From Macrostomum lignano (lineage: Eukaryota): a stretch of 44,655 nt of DNA. The stretch is taken from assembly GCA_002269645.1 (NCBI GenBank), contig NIVC01000167.1, forward strand, positions 1 to 44,655. The letters are read 5' to 3'. The position numbers and the translations under genes were made by a program. Shown here piece after piece: positions 22,301 through 32,936 of this stretch (position 1 is the first letter of the stretch; each line of letters begins with the position of its first letter). The notes under the pieces were generated by a model, which was not told the origin of the DNA, did no database searches, and saw only the letters and a list, made by a program, of their open reading frames with translations.

Positions 22301-25300
22301 TCATACATAGACGCTTATCGTGTCATGAAATCCCGCAAGCGCCGCTTGAAGTTGCTTCAGTCGAGGCCGGCAGTCCGGTCGATAATGCCAGCAGCTGTGC
22401 ATGATGGAGAATCTGAAATGTGTTAAAACCATCGACACAGCCTGATGGCTCCACATCTTTCCATCGCGTTTTCGAGAGGACAGGCGGTGTACATATTTGA
22501 CAGCATTTTTTGCATTATCTGCGAGCTTAAATAGAAGTAGTGCCTCAAGTTCGATTCTGACTACTTGAAATAGAGAATAAACCTCACAGCTGGTCCGGAC
22601 AGTTGGTCGGCTTCGTCAATCTGAAGCCTTGGCGCAGATGGCGGCTCATCTCCAGCGGGTCAACTCGACTGTACGGCTGCTGGCACCTGGTGATGAGCTC
22701 CCAAAGCGTCACTCCCAGCGACCAAATGTCGGAGGCTGGCGAGAACTTTCGCTCGATCAGGGCTTCGACGGACAGCCACTTGACTGGTCGGCTGTCGCCG
22801 TCCCCTGTGCACTCGTAGTCCGCCGGGAACAGGTCCTTGGCCAGGGCCGCGTCCCCGATGCGCACCGTGCCGTCCGCCGTCAGGCTGCGGAGAGTGGCCA
22901 GGAGCAAGCTCTAGCAATGGACGCACTTTGTTATAAAGCTCTCAAAAAATCCTCACACGCAGTTGCGACAGGCGAGATCCCTGTGCACCACTTGCATGCG
23001 GTGCAGATAGGCCAGACCCTTGCCGATCTGCACCGCCATGTGCAGCAGCTGCTGTGTGGACAGGGTCTGGCGGAGGTAGTCGGGGGCGTACGAATTCTTA
23101 GTCTGCATGCGAGCGATACAGGGAGTTCTAGATAAGACCATCCGGATGGGGAAACCGACCGGTCACATCCATTTTCCCTATTCTATCAAGATCAATAGAT
23201 TTACTAGGCAGAGCTCCCGTGTTATTCAAGTGGCTTTCAAACGTTTTTTTCCTTGCCACAAAGCTGTCATTTTCATCACGCATTCGTCTATGCTTTCCGT
23301 GTTCTCAAAAATGGAATGAAGTTTTGTGTATGCACTAGCAGGATAAGCTTATACAGAACCGAGCTTATTAAGGTTACAACAGATCGCCCTACTAACGAGT
23401 AGTAGGAAAGGACTGCAAAGCGAATCTTTTATTGTGTTGCACAAAGAGTTGCACACTGTAGATTCGAACGCTTGCCTACCGGTACTGGTGACTTCTTGTT
23501 CAAATCCCAGTTTTCGGGGGAAACATATTTAACAAGGTTAAAAAGAACTGAATTCCTACGAGTACTTAATAGGTAAGAAATTTGGGTCAATGAGACTTTA
23601 TCGCAAGTGAATTGCCCCGCGAGTGAAATTTCCCACTAGTGATTTGCTCGCGGAATGCATTAGCTTAGCAAGTAATTACCAGCGAAATTAAAAATCCTGC
23701 CTGTCATAACGTGACTCTCTGCTGCAACACCTGATGAAATTAAAAAATTGACATGCAGTTGCTATCGAATCACTATCGGATTGACTTATTGAGCATTCCA
23801 CGAAATATTGACCAGCTACTCCACTCCAGACAGATAATTCTAATACCAAGGACAACTTTAGTAGAAGGACGCAACACTCGAAATCTATGGTAAATGTTTT
23901 GAAGGCCACTTTTCGCCCAAAAATACACTACAGAGATTGGAGGTTTTAATTTTTCAGCACAAAAATTGTTATTGCTTTCGATAGGAGGCAGACGCAGTGT
24001 TCATCTTTTGATATGTTGTGCCTTTCTTATTGCTCTATCGATATTTATAAAGCTTTTCGTTCAGAAAATTAGGATTCTACCCTAATTTTTAATCCTACTT
24101 ACATTTGCATTTCTCCTGTGCCTAAAAATCATTAAAATGGCACGGCTTAGCTCATTGGTTTATGAATCCATTTTGTCATTCTTAGCTGACTGTAACAATA
24201 TGTGTAACAGAGATGATGAGGCCTTCAAAACATTTACCATAGATTTCGAGTGTTGCGTCCTATATACCGTGGCGCACAATGAATTAGGACCACCAAGTAA
24301 AATTATTTTTTTTGGCATACTGGTCTTTAAACTAAATTTAAGTACTAAATTGGAAGTAAAACTTGTAGGAATATTACTTTATGTTATTTATTTAGTATTT
24401 TGGCTCAATTTCCAGCAGTGTTTAGTTCAAAAAGCTGATATTTGAATGGGAAGTACAGTTTTAGGTTTAACATTGAAATAAGACCATATATAAATACTTG
24501 GGAAATAAGCCAAGCAAATGTCACTGATATCAAACTAACTACTCTAATACTTCGTAGCAGGTCCTTTTGACTTAATCACACAGCATTGCACCGCCTAGGC
24601 ATGCTGTCCACCAGCTTCTGGCACACTTCTGCCGCAATGGCAGCCCACGAGTCCTCAATGACACGGTACAGCTGACCAAGGGAAGCTGGCTGCTGCCTCT
24701 GGATGTCCGTCCCGCTCAACCCAGTTCCACCATTTCTTAATCGGATTGAGGTCTGGTGACTGCGCTGGCCAGTCCATGGTGCGGATGTTGTTCTCAGCAA
24801 GCCATGCATTCACAAACTTGGAGGTTTGCTTCGGATGGTTGTCCTGCTGAAACTGCCAGCTGTTCACTACACCCAGTGGCAGCGCAACTACTGCCTCTTG
24901 TAGGTGGCTACCGAGGATGCCACGGTACTTCTGACTGTCCATGACGCCCTCAATGCGAGTTATTGGCCCAGGCCCAGCTCACAATCCAGCCCACACCATG
25001 ACATTACCACCTCCATGCTTCATGGTACCAACGGTGCACCTGGGATCGAGTTCCTCACCAGCTCGGTGGCGCACATATTGGCGGCCGTCAGAATCAGTGC
25101 GGGAAATTTGCTCTCGTCACTCCAGTTGGTCTTGACCCAGTCCTGGGGTGTCTAGCTTGCATGCTGCTTCGGCCAGTTCAAGCGCCGCTTCCCGGTTTTT
25201 GTCGGAGATAAACGGCTTCTTCCTAGCAATGCGGCCTTGCAGTCCAGCAGCTACCAGACGGCGGCGGACAGTCATGGGGTGCAGCTGGACACCACTGGGC

Positions 25301-28300
25301 ACCAGAAGTTCACGGCTGATGTCCACAGCGGTGAGCCGACGGTTTGACTCGGACACTCGCACAATTCGTCGATCCAGTCCGTGGTCAGTTTTCGGTGCCC
25401 TGCCAGGTCTTGGGGCACAGCCTGTGCTGCCAGTGCTGCTGAGGCGCCTGAGGGCTTGCTGGACGCGTGTTTTTTTACTTTCCCAGCTGCGTGGCTTTGG
25501 CTCGCTGGGAAACTCCTTGGTCGAACAGGATCTTTATTTTGCTACACGACTCAGGCGATAGAGCTCTGCCTTTTCCCATTCTGGGAGAGTTCAAGATCAT
25601 TTTTTGCTTGGAGTAGTATTGAATTAGCTGTTTCGAACTTGCAGAATCAGCAGGGCCACTTTTAATTGCACATTTAGCCCAACTGTTTAGGTGGTCTTAT
25701 TACTGTGTGACTTATCAAATTCAAAAGTGAGACAAGGGACTCCAATTAAACACACTAAATTGCAAGTAATTACCCAACACATCACTAATTTAATTGATTG
25801 ATACCATGGTTATCTATAACTGATTAGATTAAAATGCTCCCGAAATCTGTTTAGGTTAGGAAATTAAAAGTTAGGTGGTCGTAATTCATTGTGCGCCACT
25901 GTATATGTTACTTGAGTAGTCCTTGTCTAATACTCCATGAGCGACAGTCTACGGGAATGCGGGGCTGTAATGCTAACGCTCACGTGGTCCGGCCGGCCGG
26001 CGCGGCTGTCGATCAAGCGCAGCTTCAGGTTGCCGCCAGCCGGGTTGGGGTAGATCAGGTGCGGCCTAGGATCGCCGGGCGGCATGGTCGAGGCAAGCAG
26101 CGGATTGACGTGCCTGTGCTGCAGGCCGGCCAGCAGGACTCCCGACTGCGACACGGCGCTCAGCTGGTCAAGCCGGGCAGCCTCTGCTCGTGCAGCGATG
26201 AAGGAAAAACGGCAGCTGGGCCTTTCATTGTCCGGTTTAACTGGACAGCTTACTCGACCTCCCATTAAGTTTTTTGAGTTCAGGACCTAGAGTGAGCACA
26301 CCTGTGCTTCTCTTCAAGACCTAGTGTGAGCACACCTGTGCTTGTCTTCAGGACCTAGTGTGAGCACACCTGTGCTTGTCTTCAGGACCTAGTGTGAGCG
26401 CACCTGTGCTTGTCTTCAGGACCTAGTGTGAGCACACCTGTGCTTGTCTTCAGGACCTAGTGTGAGCACACCTGTGCTTCTCTTCAAGACCTAGTGTGAG
26501 CACACCTGTGCTTGTCTTCAGGACCTAGTGTGAGCACACCTGTGCTTGTCTTCAGGACCTAGTGTGAGCACACCTGTGATTTTCATACAGGGCCAGTGTG
26601 AGCACACCTGTGCTTTCATACAGGGCCAGAGTGAGCAAATGAGCAACCATCTAGCCGCAACTTGATGGGTTGCTGAACACCAGAACCCATCTCTTAATTG
26701 CCTGCAGCCGGTCATTAATTAGATATTTATCTTGAGTTTACAGTTATGCTGTTCTAAATTGACTTGGCCAGCGAAAACAAAACTGCTCTGCTTTTTTAAC
26801 ATCGATTTATCAGTGGATTAATAACTTTTTCCGTGTTGGAATGGGAGTTGGAGTTGCGGAGTTGGAACTGAGGTGCTGTAATTGGGGCTGGCGGAGTTGA
26901 AGTGCTGGAATCGGGGTGCTGGAATCTGGGTGGCTGGAATTGGGATGCTGGAATTGGGGTGCTGGAATTGGGGTGCTGGAACCTGGGTGGCTGGAATTGG
27001 GATGCTGGAATTGGGGTGCTGGATTTGGGGTGCTGGAATTGGGGTGCTGGAATCTGGGTGCTGGAATTGGGGTGCTGGAACCTGAGTGGCTGGAATTGGG
27101 ATGCTGGAATTGGGGTGCTGGAATTGGGGTGCTGAAACCTGGGTGGCTGGAATTGGGATGCTGGAATTGGGGTGCTGGATTTGGGGTGCTGGAATTGGGG
27201 TGCTGGAACCTGGGTGGCTGGAATCTGGGTGCTGGAATTGGGGTGCTGGAATCTCGGCGCTGGAATTGGGGTGCTGGAATCTGGGTGGCTGGAATTGGGG
27301 TGCTGGAACCTGGGTGGCTGAAATTCGGATGCCGGAATTGGGGTGCTGGAACCTGGGTGGCTGGAATTGGGATGCTGGAATTGGGGTGCTGGATTTGGGG
27401 TGCTGGAATTGGGGTGCTGGAATCTGGGTGCTGGAATTGGGATGCTATAATCTGGGTGGCTGGAATTGGGGTGCTGGAATCTGGGTGCTGGAATTGGCAT
27501 GCTGGAATTGGGGTGCTGGAATTAGGGTGTTGGAATCGAAGTGTTGAAGTTGGGTGGCGTTGGAATATGCTGTTAAAATTTGGAGTTAGTTTTAATCAGC
27601 ATCCCCAATCATCGATTACCATACATGTAATTATGAACGTTAATTGGCTAAACCGAAATCGCCCTCGATTCAGCCACTCACCGACCACTGTCTTGATCAG
27701 CACCTCCTCGCGCCCACTCTTGACGATGTTCCTACCACGGCCGTGGGGCGGCTCCCAGCTGCCTCGGTAAACCAGACCGTAGCAGCCTGCAGTGTGGCGG
27801 GCGTGCTTCAGAGTTCTCACGCAGCCAGCACCTGAAATATCTGGACCGAAGTCAATATATCTGGTCACAGGGCTCACCTTCCATTAGGGTGTACTCAAGG
27901 CTGACTGTATGCCACGCGGTTTGAACCTCTAACAGAATGTCCCGAGGGCTACTGATGCGGCGTTGCACTATGGGTGAGGCGCCCAACTGGTGGCTGGGCT
28001 GGTCTGCAGGCGGTGGAGCGAGGATAGGGATTTAATATTAGATATTAGACATCTACCTTAGACATTTACTCTGAGCCTTAGACATCTACTCTGAGCCTTA
28101 GACATCTACTCTGAGCCTTAGACATCTACTCTGAGCCTTAGACATCTACTCTGAGCCTTAGACATCTACTCTGAGCCTTAGACATCTACTTTGAGCCTAA
28201 TGGGCTGTAGTCTAGTGATTAGAGCGTCGGACTCACGATTTAAAGGTCGGGGATTCCATTCTCGACCCACTCGGAACAATTTGTGTCCTTGAGCAAGACA

Positions 28301-31300
28301 CAACTCTGCATTGCTTCAGTTCACCCAGCTGTAAAATGGGTGCCAGCATTAGCTGGGGTAATTGAGGCTGTGTGTGGCGACCCCCCAGTCCTTGGACTGA
28401 ACAGCCGTACGCAGCCTTCAGATGCGCCGAGCAATAACTGCGGCTGAGCTGTTGGTTGTACATCTGACCAACTGGGGCAGGTGCAATCAATTGTTATTAT
28501 TATTTTCTCTTAAATAAGGCTGAGACATTTTCTCTCAGCCTTAGACATCTCTCAGCCTTGGATATCTCTCAGCCCTAGACATCTACGAGTACTCTCTTAG
28601 CCTTAGACATCTACTCTCCCAGCCTTAGACCACTACTCTGAGCCTTAGACATTCTCACTCAGACTATTTATTGTGAGTTATACACAGCTTTCAGAAATTG
28701 AATCATTAGGAGCATTCCCAGATCTATTCTCAGCGTCGTCTCACTGGAGGAGGTGGCCCTGCTGGTCAGGCTGCAGCTGTCCGACCCGTCGCTCCAAATC
28801 ACTGCCGTGCTCTGCAGCGTGCGGCCTTTTAACGCCGCCGCTTTGCCAGCCGACGCAGCTGCGGTGGCGGCGCCAGAGCTGGCTTTTTTCAAGCGGAAGC
28901 AGCGGCATAGCAGCAGGTAGGTGACCGCTGCCGCGGCCAGCAGCGCCACAAGCAACACAAACAGCAGCGGGAGCAGCAGTCTCAATGCCGCTGGCGTGCG
29001 CACCGCGGCAGCCGCCTGATTGGTTTCAGAGAGAACTGACTGCTCTCGTGTCTCTGCTGTAGACTTTTTATCTGACTTTGGCTTCTCTTCTGTAAATTTT
29101 TCAATGAAATCAAGCTTTAAATTCATTGAGAGAGTTTGACGTATTTTTGTATTTAATATACGAGTGTAATTGGTAGTTAAATTCTGGCTTTTGCTCTCCA
29201 AGATACTTCAATTTTTATCACAACACCCTTCCCAATACCCCAGTTCCCTTCCCACCACCCCAGTTCCCTTCCCATCCCCTCCAATTCTCCTCCCACCACC
29301 CAGTTCCCTTCCCACCCCTCCAATTCTCCTCCCACCACCCAGTTCCCTTCCCACCCCTCCAGTTCTCCTCCCACCACCCCAGTTCCTCTTCGGCTACCCC
29401 AGTTCCCTTCCTACCGCTCAGCAAACTCCGGCGATTCCCGGCAGTCCGGCCGCACAATTTTCGCCTGCGAATCCGCAGTTGCACAGGCGGCTCGCCAGGC
29501 CGTAGGGTGACATTCAGCAGGATGGCCAGCGGCACCTCGGCGAGCGCTGCCCCAGTGCAGGGCAGCGAGGCGTCGAATGCTGCAATTTAAACGAAAGCGA
29601 TTGTAAAAAATTCGGCATAGCTTTCGTTCTGAGAAAAATATTCGTCTACTGGCCAATAATTTTGCTCCCTTTCCGTCAACCTTTGCAGTCGTTATCACCT
29701 TCTGTCTCCTTTACGTCTTTCGACGCCAAGAATTGCCTTATTTTTCGAAGCTTTATTGGATAGAAAAGCAGGGCGAAGTACATGTGCTTCCATTTTGATT
29801 TGCTTTTCTCTTGGCTGTCACACCTGGCGCCTCTCCGATCCCCCACATTAAACCAGGACACACACACTATTCACCTTAGGCCGCTCAATCCCTCAGTCTC
29901 GTGTCCTCAGTCCCTCAGTTTCAGTCCCTCAGCCTCAGTCCCTCAGTCTCGTGTCTTCAGTCATTAGCCCCTCAGTCCCTTTTGTCCCACAGTTACTCAA
30001 TTCCAGTATCGTGTACTCAGTCCCTCAACCTCAGTCCCTCAGTACCTCAGTCCCTCAGTCTCATGTCCTCACTCCCAGTCTCATGTCCTCAATCCCTCAG
30101 TCTCACTTCCTCAATCTCTCAGTCTTAGATCCTCAACCCAGTATCCCTACTTGAGTCGGCGTGCGGCACGAATCCCTGGGCAGCAATGCTTAACACTGGC
30201 GAGCCCATGGCTTTCTGGTCCTCCACCGAGAAGCCGATCGAGTAGGGCATCTGAAATTATTGTATCGCTTACGAATAGATTACGCGTTCACTGCTAAAAC
30301 TAGACGAATTAATTAAATAATTACTTCACGTTGACTGCGAGCTACATTGCGAGCTCAATTATATTATATTGTCTCCAAAGTGGTATCAAATGCGAAAGCA
30401 AAAGTGGCAAAATATGCCATTATTGGTGAAAAAGCGAGTTTTTTGTTGTTCCGAAACAGTTGGCTTTTCTTCCAACCGCCGATAGCCCACTCGCCTCGTG
30501 GCCGGCCCTGTTGGCCCAGCGAAATCGCAGCTTTGCCACCGACAGTGGCACGGAGATGCTGAAGCCGAGCGCGTATTTGTTCACCGTGCCATCGAACACG
30601 TAAAAGACCCTGGAGGCGTTGCCTGATCCTGCGGGTTGAGCCAGTCTGCCTTTCATAGGGCCTGTCCTTGTGTCTGTCTCAGTGTCTGACCGGGTGTCTG
30701 TCATGTCTGTCCTAGTGTTTTTGTGTCTATCCTAGTGTTTTTGTGTCTGTCCTAGTGTCTCTCCGGGTGTCTGTCCTAGTGTTTCTGTGCCTGTCCTAGT
30801 GTTTCTGTGCCTATCCTAGTGTTTTTGTGTCTATCCTAGTGTTTTTGTGTCTATCCTAGTGTTCTTGTGTCTATCCTAGTGTTTTTGTGTCTATCCTAGT
30901 GTTTCTGTGCCTGTCCTAGTGTTTCTGTGCCTGTCCTAGTGTTTCTGTGCCTATCCTAGTGTTTTTGTGTCTATCCTAGTGTTTCTGTGCCTATCCTAGT
31001 GTTTTTGTGTCTATCCTAGTGTTTTTGTGTCTATCCTAGTGTTTCTGTGTCTGTCCTAGTGTCTCTCCGGGTGTCTGTCCTAGTGTTTCTGTGCCTATCC
31101 TAGTGTTTTTGTGTCTATCCTAGTGTTTTTGTGTCTATCCTAGTGTTTTTGTGTCTGTCCTAGTGTCTCTCCGGGTGTCTGTCCTAGTGTTTCTGTGCCT
31201 GTCCTAGTGTTTCTGTGCCTATCCTAGTGTTTTTGTGTCTATCCTAGTGTTTTTGTGTCTATCCTAGTGTTCTTGTGTCTATCCTAGTGTTTTTGTGTCT

Positions 31301-31914
31301 ATCCTAGTGTTTCTGTGCCTGTCCTAGTGTTTCTGTGCCTGTCCTAGTGTTTCTGTGCCTTTCCTAGTGTTTTTGTGTCTATCCTAGTGTTTCTGTGCCT
31401 ATCCTAGTGTTTTTGTGTCTGTCCTAGTGTCTCTCCGGGTGTCTGTCCTAGTGTTTCTGTGCCTATCCTAGTGTTTTTGTGTCTGTCCTAGTGTTTTTGT
31501 GTCTGTCCTAGTGTCTCTCCGGGTGTCTGTCCTAGTGTTTCTGTGCCTATCCTAGTGTTTTTGTGTCTGTCCTAGTGTTTTTGTGTCTATCCTATTGTTT
31601 TAGTGTCTCCGGGTGTCTGTCCTAGTGTTCTAGTGTTTGTCCGTGGTGTCTGTCCTAGTGTTCGTGTTTGTCCGGGGTGTCTGTCTTAGTGTCTATCATA
31701 TTGTTTTAGTGTCCGTCCTAGTGTCTATCCAACTTAGTTTCTGTTAGCATTAGTGAGGCTGATTCACAGCCAGATTAATAAGAAACTTACTGACAGCAGC
31801 TCTCATATCATTGCGGGTCACATAGAGGTCAAGCAGTCCAGCACCGAGAGGCAAACTCTCGAGCAGCCCTAGTAGAAGCAGCATCATCATCAGCGGTGCC
31901 AGCTTCTCAGCCAT
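22301..31914 (-). CDS. RYK: RYK/Derailed-family receptor tyrosine pseudokinase (signal peptide, WIF domain, TM, kinase), ~600 aa. 11 exons: 31791-31914, 30495-30622 (or -30628), 30151-30250, 29415-29579, 28745-29035 (or -29056), 27878-28003, 27682-27786, 25984-26183, 22957-23102, 22588-22884, 22301-22412.
   Basis: Signal MAEKLAPLMMMLLLLGLL; WIF motifs LDLYVT, VFYV..GTVNKYALGFS..VP...LRFRW, AMGSP.LSI...G.VP, LPCTG....V...LLNVT...LRIRRRKLC; TM LLLPLLFVLLVALLAAAAVTYLLL; kinase LMEGCYGLVYRG, LIKTV, GGNLK, HMAVQIGKGLAYLH, HRDLACRN, GDAALAKDLFPADY, RPVKWLS.EAL, SDIWSLGV.LWEL; C-terminal SVYV* (PDZ-binding, like RYK). Exon phases are consistent throughout; two acceptors are ambiguous. Confidence 0.92.
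23866..24261. mobile_element. ~396-bp MITE-like element with 41-42-bp perfect terminal inverted repeats, in RYK intron 8
   Basis: ggacgcaacactcgaaatctatggtaaatgttttgaaggcc (23867-23907) is the exact reverse complement of 24220-24260. AT-rich non-coding interior; TSD not clear. Confidence 0.7.
24267..25901 (-). mobile_element. Full-length (1635 bp) decayed Tc1/mariner DNA transposon in RYK intron 8
   Basis: TA flanks at 24265-24266 and 25902-25903; ~28-bp TIRs ccgtggcgcacaatgaattaggaccacc and (rc) cagtggcgcacaatgaattacgaccacc; internal transposase remnant. Confidence 0.92.
24544..25579 (-). pseudogene. Frameshifted Tc1 (DD34E) transposase
   Basis: MGKGRALS start, GRAPKT, TVRRRL...G..GR.ARKKPFIS, WSDESKF, KHGGGNVMVW, FQQDNHPK, WPAQSPDLNPIK, MPRRCNAV, ..KGPATKY*. 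Several frameshifts; the catalytic E is replaced by K. Confidence 0.92.
26282..26625. repeat. 34-bp minisatellite (aggacctagtgtgagcacacctgtgcttgtcttc)n, ~9-10 copies, RYK intron 7
   Basis: Directly visible. Confidence 0.96.
26885..27545. repeat. G-rich ~14-15-bp minisatellite (ggggtgctggaatt / ctgggtggctggaat), RYK intron 7
   Basis: Directly visible; it explains the LELGCWNWGAG and PAPQFQHPNSS ORFs. Confidence 0.93.
28050..28200. repeat. 20-bp minisatellite (gacatctactctgagcctta)n, RYK intron 5; degenerate continuation at ~28520-28665
   Basis: Directly visible on both sides of the SINE. Confidence 0.93.
28202..28505 (+). mobile_element. tRNA-derived SINE with a CORE-like central domain and (tta)n tail
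   Basis: Head gggctgtagtctagtgattagagcgtcggactcacg...ggattccattc (A/B-box-like). Centre tgtgtccttgagcaagacac...cttcagttcacccagctgtaaaatggg resembles the CORE-SINE motif TGTGACCTTGGGCAAG...CTCAGTTT..CATCTGTAAAATGGG. Tail ttattattatt. Confidence 0.72.
29232..29414. repeat. C/T-rich repeat (cccagttcccttcccacc...ccaattctcctccca), RYK intron 4, overlapping the donor site
   Basis: Directly visible; the minus-strand donor gtaggaagggaact is itself a repeat unit. Confidence 0.85.
29885..30140. repeat. Degenerate 8-bp (cctcagtc)n repeat, RYK intron 3
   Basis: Directly visible. Confidence 0.85.
30660..31730. repeat. 20-bp minisatellite (cctagtgtttttgtgtctat)n with interspersed 24-bp variants (cctagtgtctctccgggtgtctgt), ~50 copies, RYK intron 1
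   Basis: Directly visible. Confidence 0.96.
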
Positions 31915-32936
31915 GTTAGCGCAGCCTGTTGAGGCTGAGTTGGCATCGGCATGTTGCAATTTGTTTGGATATTTGAGCAACTGCGGAGCAAATGGACTCC
32001 GCGGTTGGCTTTCCACCAATCGCCAGTCGAAAATAAAAGATCGCCGAGTCAGTTAATCCAGTTGCCTACTTCTAGTAGCTAATTGACATGTACTTTTGAA
32101 AGCCAATAATGTTGAATTACAGTTAAGAAAGCGCGCTACAGTCGCAATTCAGACCGAAGAGGCATTTTCAGTTTTTAGTTATTATTTCTCACTACATATA
32201 ACTCCAACTCCGTATCAGTTATTACAGGCGCTCTGCTCGAACTCGTTAATAAATTACCCAAATACTTCTCAGACACTACATGATTGCTACCCAGACACTG
32301 CTCGAATGCTAGTCGGAAACTACTCAGACACTACTTGGACACTACTCGGATATTACTCGGACACTACTCTGAGTACACTACACTCGTTTTGTGTGCTAAT
32401 ATCATCGGGTTATATTACGAAGAGACTAGATAGCACCTTAGCTTATTCGTTTAGTGTATGCTCGTAAGTTTCACGTTTACAAGTTAACGAACTCATTGCT
32501 TGAACATTACGGCCTATTGATGTCACTACGAAGGTAGGCTAACTTGTACGTAGACCCAGAGAAACAGGTAGAAAAAGCAGAAGCACAGTAAGACTTTCTC
32601 CCGGTTGCAAGTAAATTGCCCTTACTTTTTAACCAAAAATTTTTCCTGGATACTACGAGTACTATAAAATAAAGCATTAAAATGTCAAATACAAGGTAAA
32701 TGCAAGCTATCATTTATAGTTTCGGCTCATATGATTTTTGTTTCGGCCTGAATGTTATAAAAACCGGTTAAAAAGATTCAAACCAAAATTAGAGTAGACA
32801 GTTAAAGCAAAACTTTAATCAGCCCTCAATGCCGCAAACATGTATATTTGTTTCAGTCGATTCCGCTTATTCCGATAAAGTTAAAAAAGAGAAAGAAAAA
32901 CGGTTTCTACTCAACAGTCTGTCAAAGTAAATTTTG

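Noticed and set aside
26282-26625. Regular 34-bp repeats resembling a CRISPR array
   Set aside because: There are no unique spacers, the context is a eukaryotic intron, and no cas genes are present.
26796-27770. PAPQFQHPNSS and LELGCWNWGAG ORFs as coding exons
   Set aside because: They come from an intronic G-rich minisatellite; RYK exons 7 and 8 join in phase without them.
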